A DNA stretch of 64,000 nt, from positions 1-64,000 of the forward strand of contig JBBIPC010000020.1 of assembly GCA_037443035.1 (NCBI GenBank), written 5' to 3'. Shown piece by piece: positions 31,086 to 40,809 of this stretch. The stretch is from Chthonomonadales bacterium (GTDB lineage: Bacteria; Armatimonadota; Chthonomonadetes; Chthonomonadales; CAJBBX01). A model generated the notes under the pieces. It saw only the letters and a program-made list of their open reading frames with translations. It was not told the origin of the DNA and did not search any database. How positions within the stretch are numbered: position 1 is the first letter of the stretch; every line of letters begins with the position of its first letter. Made by a program: the position numbers and the translations under genes.

Positions 31086-31823
31086 CTACTGGAAGAGGGC
31101 ATCTGCAAGGCCCGTGTTGACTTTGATATTCTCATATCGGGTCACGCCCGCCAGCTTCCGGTCGGCGTTCTGCACTTCGATACGTGTGGGGAACCAGATA
31201 CCCGGAGCAACCTGCAAGACGTCTCTGTAGTAGTACACCGCTTGGAATGTCCCGTCCTGCCTGTAGGAGTCTCGCTTGCGTATGACTTTGGTTACGGGAT
31301 CGATGTAGAAGATATGTCGCGAACTGTCCTCGTCCCGATCCTTGTAGGTCATCTCGAAGACTCCTACGGGTGTGCCATCCACCACTCCCTCGCGTAGGAA
31401 TCGGAAGTTCGTATAGGTCAGGTAGTAGTCGGAGATGAGCCCGACGTCCACCAGCGACTTGCGTTTGCCAGGAGACTTGCCGAAGTCCCTCCGCGTGTTC
31501 AGCCGGATCTTGGGTACGGACACAATCTGCACGGACCCGTTCACGATGTAGACGCCCTTTGTACCTTCCACCGACCCCTCGATGCGCACCTTGTTAGGTT
31601 CTTTGTAACGCATGAGGACTTTGCTGAACCGGTAGAGAAAGCCGAAGTCCTTGTTGATCTTCTCGAGCTCACGTTGGTTGGAGCTGACGACGACGCCGGT
31701 AGCGGTGAAGTCGTCGAGTTTCTGGCAGACGTAGGCTCTTATGTCCGTTGGTACGGCAGCGTTAGCCGGCTCCAGGCTGATAAGGCATACGAGCACGGCG
31801 ACGACCGCCATTGTTGTTCGCAT
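31086..31823 (-). CDS. LolA-like / outer-membrane lipoprotein-sorting family secreted protein
   Basis: Signal peptide; YKEPNKVRIE, YIDPVTK and terminal YENIKVNTGLADALF. Confidence 0.7.
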   Translation of the reverse strand: MRTTMAVVAVLVCLISLEPANAAVPTDIRAYVCQKLDDFTATGVVVSSNQRELEKINKDFGFLYRFSKVLMRYKEPNKVRIEGSVEGTKGVYIVNGSVQIVSVPKIRLNTRRDFGKSPGKRKSLVDVGLISDYYLTYTNFRFLREGVVDGTPVGVFEMTYKDRDEDSSRHIFYIDPVTKVIRKRDSYRQDGTFQAVYYYRDVLQVAPGIWFPTRIEVQNADRKLAGVTRYENIKVNTGLADALFQ

Positions 31824-31987
31824 ATATTCCTCCTTGTGAACAGGTCAACGTCGCACGGCAACGGGGCGATGACGTTGCGTTCGGTTCCCCAGTACCTTAG
31901 ACGATGGCAGGCGCCATTTGTGGCAGATCGGGCTCCACGATCTGGACGCGCCCGCTATTCGTAGGACGGGAACGGAACCGCTAGAGT

Positions 31988-33472
31988 CTACCCGCCGAGG
32001 CGCTTCCGCAAGGCATCTTTGGCCTGCCGCAGCTTCTCCGCCATAGGACCTGTTCTGTAGTAGGGGTCGAGGGGATAGCAGCCAGAAGCGAGGCCGGCTC
32101 GCGGGGCGTTCGTGCAGTCGCTGAATGTGCGGCATATCTGCTTGCGGTTCAACGGCCGACCCCCGAGCACGTCGCGCGGAAGCTCCGGATAGGACAGCAC
32201 GATCCGTCCCAGGCCAACGAAATCTACCCACCCTTCGCGAATCGTGGCCTGAGCCACGTTAGGCAGAAACTCCTGCAGGTACGTATAGCCAGTCCCGACG
32301 ACGACGAAGTCAGGGTTTCGTTCCTTGACCAGGTGCGTTACATACAGGAGACGTGCTACCCCGATCAATGGATCCTCGGGCGGCTGGTACCCATCGGAAG
32401 GAGGGTAGAGGGCAGGACGCTGGATGTGATGGCTGTAGTACGGGCTTCCCGCGGTGACATTGAGCATGGTGACTCCCATAGTACGCAGCAGAGACACGTA
32501 CTCGAGCGGCTCCTGCAAGGCCATTTCGGTCGGCTGCTCGGGATCTACACCAAACGCATAGAGATACGGCACCCAATCGCAGTAGGACTCGGGTATGCCC
32601 GGTCCCAGCTTGCCAGGTGCGGCCCTGTCGGGATCGGGCCGGTACGGCACAGTGTCGAACACACTCACGCGCGTAGCGATTCCGAGACCTGGTACCTCCG
32701 ATCGAATGCCCTCCACCACCTCACGGAAGAATCGCGCCCGATTCTCCAGGGGACCGCCGTAGCTGCCCTTGCGAGTGTGGGCGCTCAGGAACTCATGGCC
32801 GAGATACCCATGGCACTGTTTGATGTCCACGAAATCGAACCCGCACTCGTATGCCAGGCGTGCGGCCTGGACAAAGTCCTCGACTAGCTGGTGCACTGCG
32901 CCGTCGGACAGCAGTGGGTAGTCTTCGTTGACACCGACCCGCTTGTCGAGCAGCGGGTGATGATACACGAGTACCGGTTCAGGCTGGTCCCACCGATTAG
33001 GGCGGGCGAAACGACCGGAATGGGTAAGCTGCAAGCCCACCAGCAGATCATCGGCTGTACCGAACGTACGATGATGGGCGTTGACAAGCGTCTCGCGCAG
33101 ACGCGCGATGTCTCCCTTTGTCTCGTGCGTGAGCAACAATTGGCACGGGTTCGCCCGGCCGTCGTGGCGAACCGCGACAGCCTCGCCGCCCCAGATAAGC
33201 TTCGCTCCACTCGTACCGAATCGCGTCCATCGCCGAAAGGTCTTCTCCGTAGGTCGGCCATCCGGCGTGCCGTCCCAGCCTTCCATCGGCTGCACGCAGA
33301 AGCGGTTGCCGACCTGGCGGCCCAGTACCGTTGCTGGACGTGCCAGCGGGGAGATGGGAGCCGCGTGGATGGCATCATCGCAGGGCAGTGCAATGGAGAG
33401 CGCTGCCAGAGCCTCTCGAAACTCTTCGGTGCTGCCGAGCGCCGCGATCTTTACAAAGTCTACAGAGCTCAT
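31988..33472 (-). CDS. NADH:flavin oxidoreductase (Old Yellow Enzyme family)
   Basis: NRFCVQPMEG, QLTHSGR, DIKQCHGYLGHEFLS and YGGPLENRARF. Confidence 0.9.
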   Translation of the reverse strand: MSSVDFVKIAALGSTEEFREALAALSIALPCDDAIHAAPISPLARPATVLGRQVGNRFCVQPMEGWDGTPDGRPTEKTFRRWTRFGTSGAKLIWGGEAVAVRHDGRANPCQLLLTHETKGDIARLRETLVNAHHRTFGTADDLLVGLQLTHSGRFARPNRWDQPEPVLVYHHPLLDKRVGVNEDYPLLSDGAVHQLVEDFVQAARLAYECGFDFVDIKQCHGYLGHEFLSAHTRKGSYGGPLENRARFFREVVEGIRSEVPGLGIATRVSVFDTVPYRPDPDRAAPGKLGPGIPESYCDWVPYLYAFGVDPEQPTEMALQEPLEYVSLLRTMGVTMLNVTAGSPYYSHHIQRPALYPPSDGYQPPEDPLIGVARLLYVTHLVKERNPDFVVVGTGYTYLQEFLPNVAQATIREGWVDFVGLGRIVLSYPELPRDVLGGRPLNRKQICRTFSDCTNAPRAGLASGCYPLDPYYRTGPMAEKLRQAKDALRKRLGG

Positions 33473-33647
33473 TCCTCGTACCGTACCGTAAGGGTATTCT
33501 GCAGCGCCTGTGGTACATCCTGCAACGCCGGGGCGCGACCTGTGGAGTCGCAGACTCTGTGGCAGGAATGCGCATGTGACGGCGGGAAGTTGGAGAAGAT
33601 GAGGAACGTACCACGCGCGTTCTGTGCGTGGGTTCAGGAGGCGTGCT

Positions 33648-34667
33648 ATGAGTCGAAAGTACCGTGTCGGTGTCGCCATGATGGTTCATGACCATGTGTG
33701 GGGCGAACTGAACCACTGGACGTCGTTGTCGAACGTGGAGATTGTCGCGGCAGGAGATCCGAACCTCGAGCTGCGAGAGCGCATTGCGGCGGAGTACGGG
33801 GTAAGCCGCCTCTACGCCTCGTGGCAGGAAATGGTCGAGCAAGAGGACCTGGACATCGTCCAGGCCGCCTCAGAGAACAGCACAGCTGCAGACATCGTGG
33901 AAACATGCGCCGCGCGGGGCATCCATGTCATCAGCGAGAAACCCATGAGCGCATCTCTGGAACAGGCCGAAAGGATGGTGCGCGCGGTCAAGGCCGCAGG
34001 CACGCTTCTGATGATCAACTGGCCTACGGCATGGTCGCCTGCCATACAAGAGATGGAGCGGCGCATACTTGCTGGTGACATTGGTCGTCTGTTCTACTTC
34101 AAACAGAGGAGCGCTCACAACGGACCAAAGGAAATCGGTTGCACAGAGTACTTCTGGTCGTGGCTATACGATGAGAGCAAGAACGGGGCAGGAGCACTCA
34201 TGGACTACTGCTGCTACTCGGCCAACATGTGCGCTCGGTTCCTGGGACTGCCGGAGGAGGTCACGGGCTTCCGGGGGGTGTTTGTCAAAGACTACCCGGT
34301 GCCCGACGACAACGCCATCATTCTCATGAAGTACACACATGCTTTCGGTGTGGCGGAAGCGAGCTGGACGCAGAGGGTGGGTTATGCGACCAGCAACCCG
34401 GTCGCTTACGGTACACTGGGCAGCATTGCCGTATCGGGCCACAAGGTCATCGTGCAGAATGACGGTAAGGAGGTGGTTCTAGAACCACCGCCGACACAGG
34501 CGCCACGTAGGAGCGGACCGGAGTATCTCCTCCATTGCCTCGAGACGGGGGAGAAGCCCGAAGGTTTCTGCTCCATGGAGGTCAGTAGAGATGCGCAGGA
34601 GATCTTGGAGGCCGGAAAGCGTGCCGCCGACACTGGGATGACCCAGCAGCTTCCTCTGACTCTGTGA
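33648..34667 (+). CDS. Gfo/Idh/MocA family oxidoreductase
   Basis: HVISEKPM, GDIG and GAGALMDYCCY. Confidence 0.9.
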   Translation: MSRKYRVGVAMMVHDHVWGELNHWTSLSNVEIVAAGDPNLELRERIAAEYGVSRLYASWQEMVEQEDLDIVQAASENSTAADIVETCAARGIHVISEKPMSASLEQAERMVRAVKAAGTLLMINWPTAWSPAIQEMERRILAGDIGRLFYFKQRSAHNGPKEIGCTEYFWSWLYDESKNGAGALMDYCCYSANMCARFLGLPEEVTGFRGVFVKDYPVPDDNAIILMKYTHAFGVAEASWTQRVGYATSNPVAYGTLGSIAVSGHKVIVQNDGKEVVLEPPPTQAPRRSGPEYLLHCLETGEKPEGFCSMEVSRDAQEILEAGKRAADTGMTQQLPLTL

Positions 34668-34682
34668 CTTACAGCCGGTTAT

Positions 34683-35123
34683 CTACTTGACAATCAGCAC
34701 GGGGCAATGGGCGTGATGCGACACCTTGTCCGATACGCTTCCGAGTAGGAACGACTTGATCTCGCTCATACCCCGGCTGCCCATGACAATGAGATCGTAG
34801 CCGTCGTCCTCGGCGATTCGGATGATGACCTCCGCAGGGTGACCAGCCTCCAAGAGGGTCGTGTAGGGAACGCCAGCCTCGTCCAGGACCCGTCCCGTGC
34901 GCTTCGCTACAGCATCCTGAACCTGCTCGATGTACGTGTTGAGGGCACCCGGTTCCATCTCGACACCTGGCGAGCCAGGGATTGCCATCTGCGTCGTCGG
35001 CATCGTAAAGACGTGGAGGACCGTGACGCTGGCACCCAACGACTTGGCCAATTCCGCTGCTGCTCGAGCTGCCCTCAGAGCGTAGTCCGACCCATCGGAA
35101 GCAAGGAGTATCTTCGTGAACAT
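34683..35123 (-). CDS. Universal stress protein (UspA family)
   Basis: KILLASDGS, DLIVMGSRG...LLGSVS and CPVLIV. Confidence 0.95.
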   Translation of the reverse strand: MFTKILLASDGSDYALRAARAAAELAKSLGASVTVLHVFTMPTTQMAIPGSPGVEMEPGALNTYIEQVQDAVAKRTGRVLDEAGVPYTTLLEAGHPAEVIIRIAEDDGYDLIVMGSRGMSEIKSFLLGSVSDKVSHHAHCPVLIVK

Positions 35124-35219
35124 GGTCCCCTTCCTTTCTCACGGCGAAGCCGTGTCTAGCCCACATGGGCCACCGATTATCCTACTGTATGGGGGAGCTG
35201 TGAGTTCCAGGCCTGCGCA

Positions 35220-35846
35220 TCACAAGGGCATGAGACGGCGAACCCGAGCCACAAGAGCTGCGTCGTAGTCTCCTAACAATCCGGCCCGACGGTAATGCTC
35301 CAGCGCCAGCCGATCCGCTCCCAACCTCACGCATACATCGGCCAGAAGACAATGATAGGACGGGTTGTTCGGTGCCAGGGCAATCGCCGTGCGAAAAGCT
35401 TCTGCCGCGTCCTGCACTCTGCCTACCTGAAGATATAGGCTTCCTAGCCGAACACGATAGAACGCGTCATCCGGCGCCAGGTCCGTCGCACGTAGGAGAC
35501 ACCGGATAGCAGAGGCAGACCGTCCGCAGGCCGCATGGAGATCAGCCAGCCGGAAACAGTAGTACGGATTATCAGGTTCGATATCGCACGCGATGGTCAT
35601 CTGCGCTGCGGCACGCTCCACGTGCCCCAGCTCCTGGAGCGTCTCGGCGAATCTGCAACGGTAGTATGCGTCATCCGGAGCAAGCTCGACGGCGCGCTGA
35701 TAGGCTTCGAGCGCCTCCTGCGCGGAGCCGCTTCTGCGAAGCACCTCTGCTCGCTGGAACCACGAAGCGCCAGGATGTCGCGTGCGTTTAGCTCCGGCGC
35801 GTCGTCCGGAGCCGTTGCAGCGGTCGTATGTCGTCTCGTTTGCCAC
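35220..35846 (-). CDS. Tetratricopeptide-repeat protein
   Basis: 34 aa periodic repeats ending LAPDDAYY, IEPDNPYY, LAPDDAFY and LAPNNPSY. Confidence 0.85.
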   Translation of the reverse strand: MANETTYDRCNGSGRRAGAKRTRHPGASWFQRAEVLRRSGSAQEALEAYQRAVELAPDDAYYRCRFAETLQELGHVERAAAQMTIACDIEPDNPYYCFRLADLHAACGRSASAIRCLLRATDLAPDDAFYRVRLGSLYLQVGRVQDAAEAFRTAIALAPNNPSYHCLLADVCVRLGADRLALEHYRRAGLLGDYDAALVARVRRLMPL

Positions 35847-35888
35847 TAGCTACGCCTGTTCGAACGTATCATGGCGCCCCATTCGGTC

Positions 35889-36338
35889 TCAATAGAGCTT
35901 CCGGCTATCGAGCTGGATCGTCACAGGCCCGTCGTTCACGAGAGAGACCTTCATCATGGCGCCAAACACGCCTCGTTGCACCGGCACGCCGGCATTCTCC
36001 ACGAGTTCGCATACGGACTCATACAGCGGTATCGCTACTTCTGGTGGTGCTGCCTCGATGAAACTTGGTCTCCTTCCGCGGCGGACGTCGCCGTACAGCG
36101 TGAACTGGGAGATGATCAGCGCGCTGCCGCCCACATCCATGACGGACCGATTCATCTTACCCTCGGCGTCGGCGAAGATGCGCAAGCCGACGATCTTGTC
36201 GGCAATGTACGATGCGTCTGAGTGGGCATCGTCACGGTGTATGCCGAGCAGGACTGCTAGACCGAGGCCAATCTCGCCCACCAAGACACTGTCAACCGTG
36301 ACGGATGCCGTTGTGACCCTCTGTATCACAGCTCGCAT
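35889..36338 (-). CDS. dtd: D-aminoacyl-tRNA deacylase
   Basis: MRAVIQRV, SQFTL and NDGPVT. Confidence 0.97.
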   Translation of the reverse strand: MRAVIQRVTTASVTVDSVLVGEIGLGLAVLLGIHRDDAHSDASYIADKIVGLRIFADAEGKMNRSVMDVGGSALIISQFTLYGDVRRGRRPSFIEAAPPEVAIPLYESVCELVENAGVPVQRGVFGAMMKVSLVNDGPVTIQLDSRKLY

Positions 36339-36342
36339 GGGC

Positions 36343-38574
36343 TCACCACAGCGACCAGAGCCGCTCGACGGAGATGACATCGGGGACGCGCTGGATCGCC
36401 GCTGTGACGTCAGCCAGATGCTGCACGTCCCTCAATGCGACCTTGAAGTCCAGCGTCGCTGTCTTGTCGCGATGGCTCTGCGATCGTACGCCATCAATGA
36501 AGGTGCGTGTGCCACTGATCTGCATGGCCACCTCCTGGAGAATGGCGTATCGGTCTGCAACGAGTACCCGTATGGGTGTCGTCAGTGTCTGGTTCGGCTT
36601 CATAGGATACTCTTGGGTCACGACACGCTCAGGATCTTGCTCCTCCAGCCGCTTGAGGTTCGGGCAATCGGCCCTGTGCAGGGAGTATCCTTGGCCACGT
36701 GAGACGTAAGCGCGCACAGCGTCTCCAGGAAGAGGCAGGCAGCATCGAGCTCGTCGGTACGGCACTCCCGTAAGATCGCGAACGGAGGGCACGGGTCGCG
36801 TGGCCTCCGCGACGGCTTGCTCCTGGTGCAATGCCTTCACTGCCGGGAGTCGATTCAGCACCGTCACCGGATCCACCAGTCCGTGGCCGATGGACGCATA
36901 GACTTCGCTCTCGGAATTGCGATTGAAGGTGGGCGCGATTTCTCGTACAGCCTCGTCGCGGACAAGCTTCAGGGGGATCTTGCGTCTCTTGGCTTCTTCG
37001 AGGAGCGCACTCCGGCCTCTGTCGGCACATTCCGCCTCGGCCTGTTTGCGGAAGTAGGATCGGATCTTGGCGCGCGCATCCGATGTCTTGACAACCGCAA
37101 GCCAATCCCGACTGGGCGCACCGGACTTGCGGGTGATGATCTCCACGATATCGCCGCTCTGGAGCTCGTGCGTCAACGGCACCATCCTGCCGTTGACTAT
37201 CGCTCCCACAGCATGGTTGCCCACGTCCGAGTGGACACGGTAGGCGAAGTCAATGGGTGTGGATCCCTTCGGCAGGTCCATCACGTCCCGCTTCGGTGTG
37301 AATACGAAGATTTGCTCAGTGGAGAAGTCGTTGAGGACTTCGGTGAGGAAGGAAACGGCAGTGCGCTCAGTGCTAGGCTCTAGAATGCGGCGCAGACTCT
37401 CGGCAAGCGACTTGGGTATCGTGCGGTCGGGAATCGCTCCGTCACCCTGCTCCTTGTAGGCCCAATGGGCGGCAATGCCGAACTCCGCCGTGCGATGCAT
37501 GGCCCATGTGCGGATCTGGATTTCGAGGGGTTTGCCTCGGGGGCCAATGACTTTCGTATGAAGAGACTGATAGCCGTTAGGCTTGGGCTGGGCGATGTAG
37601 TCGGCGAACATGCCAGGCATGGGTTGCCACAGGTTCGACACAACGCCCAGCGCTACGTAGCACTGCTGTTTTGTGTAAACAATGATCCGTAGAGCGATCA
37701 GGTCGTAGATCTCATCGAAGGGGAGTTGCTGGGTCTCCATTTTCCTGTAGATGCTGTACAGGTGCTTTGGCCGGCCAAGGACCGTCGCATTGTGCACACC
37801 CTCTTCCTCCAGGCGCGCAGTGAGCACGGCGATGGCCTCCTCGACCTCGCTCTGACGCTCTGCTCGCGTTTGGTCCACGAGCCGTGCAAGTCTGCGGTAC
37901 TCGTCTGGGCACAGTGTCGCAAATGCTAGATCCTCCAGCTCTGCCTTGACGCGAGCCATGCCGACACGGTGGGCTAACGGCGCGAAGAGCGCCAGCGTCT
38001 CCTCGGCGATACGAAGCCGATCTGGGCGTTCCAGCGCTCCAAGCGTGCGCATGTTGTGGAGGCGGTCAGCCAGCTTGACGATAACGATGCGCGGTTCTCC
38101 CGACATCGCAAGGAGCAATCGGTGGAGGTTTTCTGCACGCTTGACGAGTTCCCGGCGCGTTTCCTGTCCCCGGAGTACGGCTCGAGTGTCGTCCGGCATG
38201 GCCTTGCGGTCAGCGAATACCTGTTCCGTGGGATCCTCGAGCTTCGAGACACCGTCCACAATGGTGGCAATCTCATCTCCGAAGGTGGTGCGTATCTCAT
38301 CGAGCGTGACAGGCGTGTCTTCCACAACGTCATGGAGCAGACCTGCAGCGATGGCCACATCATCCACACCCAGTTCCACCAGGATGCGGGCCACGGCAAT
38401 GGAATGAGTGACATACGGCTTGCCATCATCGCGGGTCTGGCCCGTATGAGCGGCACAAGCGGTCTCGTAAGCGGATGTGAGCAGGGCTACGTTGGTGTCG
38501 CGAGAGTCCTGTTGCCGCAGTGCAAGCAGTTCCTCGAAGGAGCGCCTGATCTCATCTACGTTCGATTCGCTCAT
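36343..38574 (-). CDS. relA: Bifunctional (p)ppGpp synthetase/hydrolase Rel
   Basis: HD hydrolase motif LHDVVEDT, KLADRLHN, YQSLHT and EIQIRT, followed by TGS, ZFD (RCCLP) and ACT regions. Confidence 0.95.
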   Translation of the reverse strand: MSESNVDEIRRSFEELLALRQQDSRDTNVALLTSAYETACAAHTGQTRDDGKPYVTHSIAVARILVELGVDDVAIAAGLLHDVVEDTPVTLDEIRTTFGDEIATIVDGVSKLEDPTEQVFADRKAMPDDTRAVLRGQETRRELVKRAENLHRLLLAMSGEPRIVIVKLADRLHNMRTLGALERPDRLRIAEETLALFAPLAHRVGMARVKAELEDLAFATLCPDEYRRLARLVDQTRAERQSEVEEAIAVLTARLEEEGVHNATVLGRPKHLYSIYRKMETQQLPFDEIYDLIALRIIVYTKQQCYVALGVVSNLWQPMPGMFADYIAQPKPNGYQSLHTKVIGPRGKPLEIQIRTWAMHRTAEFGIAAHWAYKEQGDGAIPDRTIPKSLAESLRRILEPSTERTAVSFLTEVLNDFSTEQIFVFTPKRDVMDLPKGSTPIDFAYRVHSDVGNHAVGAIVNGRMVPLTHELQSGDIVEIITRKSGAPSRDWLAVVKTSDARAKIRSYFRKQAEAECADRGRSALLEEAKRRKIPLKLVRDEAVREIAPTFNRNSESEVYASIGHGLVDPVTVLNRLPAVKALHQEQAVAEATRPVPSVRDLTGVPYRRARCCLPLPGDAVRAYVSRGQGYSLHRADCPNLKRLEEQDPERVVTQEYPMKPNQTLTTPIRVLVADRYAILQEVAMQISGTRTFIDGVRSQSHRDKTATLDFKVALRDVQHLADVTAAIQRVPDVISVERLWSLW

Positions 38575-38583
38575 TGTCTACTC

Positions 38584-40308
38584 TCACTGTGCCGGCCGCA
38601 TCTCCACAACGAGGAGCTGCGGCATCTCCTGGCCATTGAAGCGGTTGAGTCTTGCCTTGTAGCATACATCCACGGTAGCTCCGATAGGGAGGACGTCCGC
38701 CCAGTCGCCACCGCACCACATGACGCCCTCGGCAGGTCTGCCGCTCCCGTCGGCGAGCCGCAATCTCAGATGGGACCTGTTGCGCCCAATGCGACGCGCT
38801 TCGATGACGCGTACGCCGAAAGCCGAGAAGAGGGGCTCCTCATTGTCGTGTCCCCAGGGTTCGAGAAGCGACAACTCCGACAGGAGGGTCAAATTCACGG
38901 CGCTCGGCGGCAACTCGGCATCGACCTCGACGGTCGGACGAAGATCTTCGGGACGCAGACGATCACGCGCGTAGGCGATCAGCTCTCTACGGAAGGAGGG
39001 GACCTTATCGCAGGCGATGGTGAACCCCGCTGCGTGAGAGTGGCCGCCGAACTCCACGAGATGCTCTGAACAGGCGAGAAGGGCATCATGCATGTTGAAG
39101 GAGGGGATGCTACGGGCAGAACCTCGCGCAACACCAGTCTCCTCATCCCGCGCGATGAGAACTGCCGGACGGCCGTAGCGCTCCACGAGACGGTTCGCAA
39201 CCACGCCGATGACTCCGGCATGCCACTCGGCCGCGTCCAGTACTAGACACGGGTAGTCATCCAAGACAAGCTTCGCAATGTCCTCGATTGCCATGGCAAG
39301 GATGCGTTGTTCCTCATCGCGCCGACTCTGGTTCGCCTGCTCGAGCTGCGTGGCAAGGTCGGTGGCCTCGTCTTCTGCCTGACTGAGGAGGAGATCGAGG
39401 GCTTTCCGCGGATCGTCCACGCGACCGACAGCATTCAAGCGGGGGCCGATGACGAAGCCAATATCCTGGCTCGTGACCGGTCGCCCTGTAATGCCCGTCT
39501 GTTGCAGAAGCGCACGTATACCTTTGCGACGGGACTCGCTCATCTCCCGCAACCCGGCCTTGACGAACACCCGGTTGTCCCCGACGAGAGGCATAATGTC
39601 CGTCACGGTACCTATGGCAGCGAGCTCGACGAAGGCGTTCCGATACTTCGTGACGGGCAGGCCGATGGCCTGGACCAATGCCTCTGCAAGGCGATATGAG
39701 ACTCCGACACCGGCAAGATCGCGGAATGGGTAGGCACAGTCCGAACGGTGTGGGTTCACGACAGCGATGGCGTCGGGCAGGGTGTTGCCAACCTCGTGGT
39801 GATCCGTGATGATGACGTCTATGCCGCACCGGCGTGCCGCCATCACCTCTTGGTGCCTCTGGATGCCGCAGTCTGCGGTGATGATCAGTCGGGCGCCGGC
39901 TTCATGGGCAGCTTCGACAACACGGTCGCGCAGGTCATAGCCATCGCGACGCCGGTGTGGCACATGGCTCTGCACATCTCCGCCCAAACGCTCCAGCAAT
40001 CGTGTCCACAGCGCCGCAGCCGTTATGCCATCAGCATCGTAGTCACCGTACACATATATCCGCTCGCGCCGGTCCAGAGCCACCATGATTCGACGGACAG
40101 CCCGTAAGGCATCGGGCAAGAGAAGGGGGTTGGCAAGACGGTCGAAACTGGGATCTAGAAAGGCGCGGGCATCAGATTCCGTCTGGATGCCTCGCTGGAC
40201 GAGCAGACGTGCCACAATCCGGGAGCATCCAAGGGCTTTCTGCAGGTCCGACACCCCCGGAGGCTCGGGAGTGACGTTCCATCGGCTTGTGCACGCGGGC
40301 ATCGTCAT
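38584..40308 (-). CDS. recJ: ssDNA-specific exonuclease RecJ
   Basis: GDYDADG, ITDHH, GTVTD, PRLNAVGR and GGHSHAAG. Confidence 0.96.
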   Translation of the reverse strand: MTMPACTSRWNVTPEPPGVSDLQKALGCSRIVARLLVQRGIQTESDARAFLDPSFDRLANPLLLPDALRAVRRIMVALDRRERIYVYGDYDADGITAAALWTRLLERLGGDVQSHVPHRRRDGYDLRDRVVEAAHEAGARLIITADCGIQRHQEVMAARRCGIDVIITDHHEVGNTLPDAIAVVNPHRSDCAYPFRDLAGVGVSYRLAEALVQAIGLPVTKYRNAFVELAAIGTVTDIMPLVGDNRVFVKAGLREMSESRRKGIRALLQQTGITGRPVTSQDIGFVIGPRLNAVGRVDDPRKALDLLLSQAEDEATDLATQLEQANQSRRDEEQRILAMAIEDIAKLVLDDYPCLVLDAAEWHAGVIGVVANRLVERYGRPAVLIARDEETGVARGSARSIPSFNMHDALLACSEHLVEFGGHSHAAGFTIACDKVPSFRRELIAYARDRLRPEDLRPTVEVDAELPPSAVNLTLLSELSLLEPWGHDNEEPLFSAFGVRVIEARRIGRNRSHLRLRLADGSGRPAEGVMWCGGDWADVLPIGATVDVCYKARLNRFNGQEMPQLLVVEMRPAQ

Positions 40309-40414
40309 GCTAGTCCTTGCGAGACGCAATGCCCCGCTGCACACCATGCAGGAAGCCTATCTCCCACACGTGGGTGTGACAGCCGGACACATAGACGTAC
40401 GTACATCATACCCA

Positions 40415-40693
40415 TCATACGTCGGACTGACCCCGTTGTTGCTTGCTCCTGATTCTGACGATTAGGATACGGGACCTGAGCCACCAACCCACGATAATGC
40501 CGCAGAGGAAAGGTATTACCAGTACGACGTAAAGTGCCGCTCTGCCGAAAGGCCAGACGTACGTCTGTGTGGTATTCAGCGCGCCGAATGCGATCATGGC
40601 CGCACCAAACAGAAGTGGCAGCAGCCAGCGCAAGGGAGATCGTCGTCTCGGTCGTTCCGATTCACCGCTCTCTACGGTCAAGGTTTCCTCCAT
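40415..40693 (-). CDS. LapA/DUF1049-like small membrane protein
   Basis: Two TM helices with AFGALN; position between secDF and recJ as seen in Bacillus. Confidence 0.6.
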   Translation of the reverse strand: MEETLTVESGESERPRRRSPLRWLLPLLFGAAMIAFGALNTTQTYVWPFGRAALYVVLVIPFLCGIIVGWWLRSRILIVRIRSKQQRGQSDV

Positions 40694-40809
40694 TTGCGAG
40701 GTGAATGCGAAGGCAGCCTGCCAGCGTTGCGTCCTCACACTGGTCAGGCTGCCGGTTGCACCGGTCTGCACGGTTCAGGCGGTCCTGCGCGGTACCCGTG
40801 CCAGCAATG

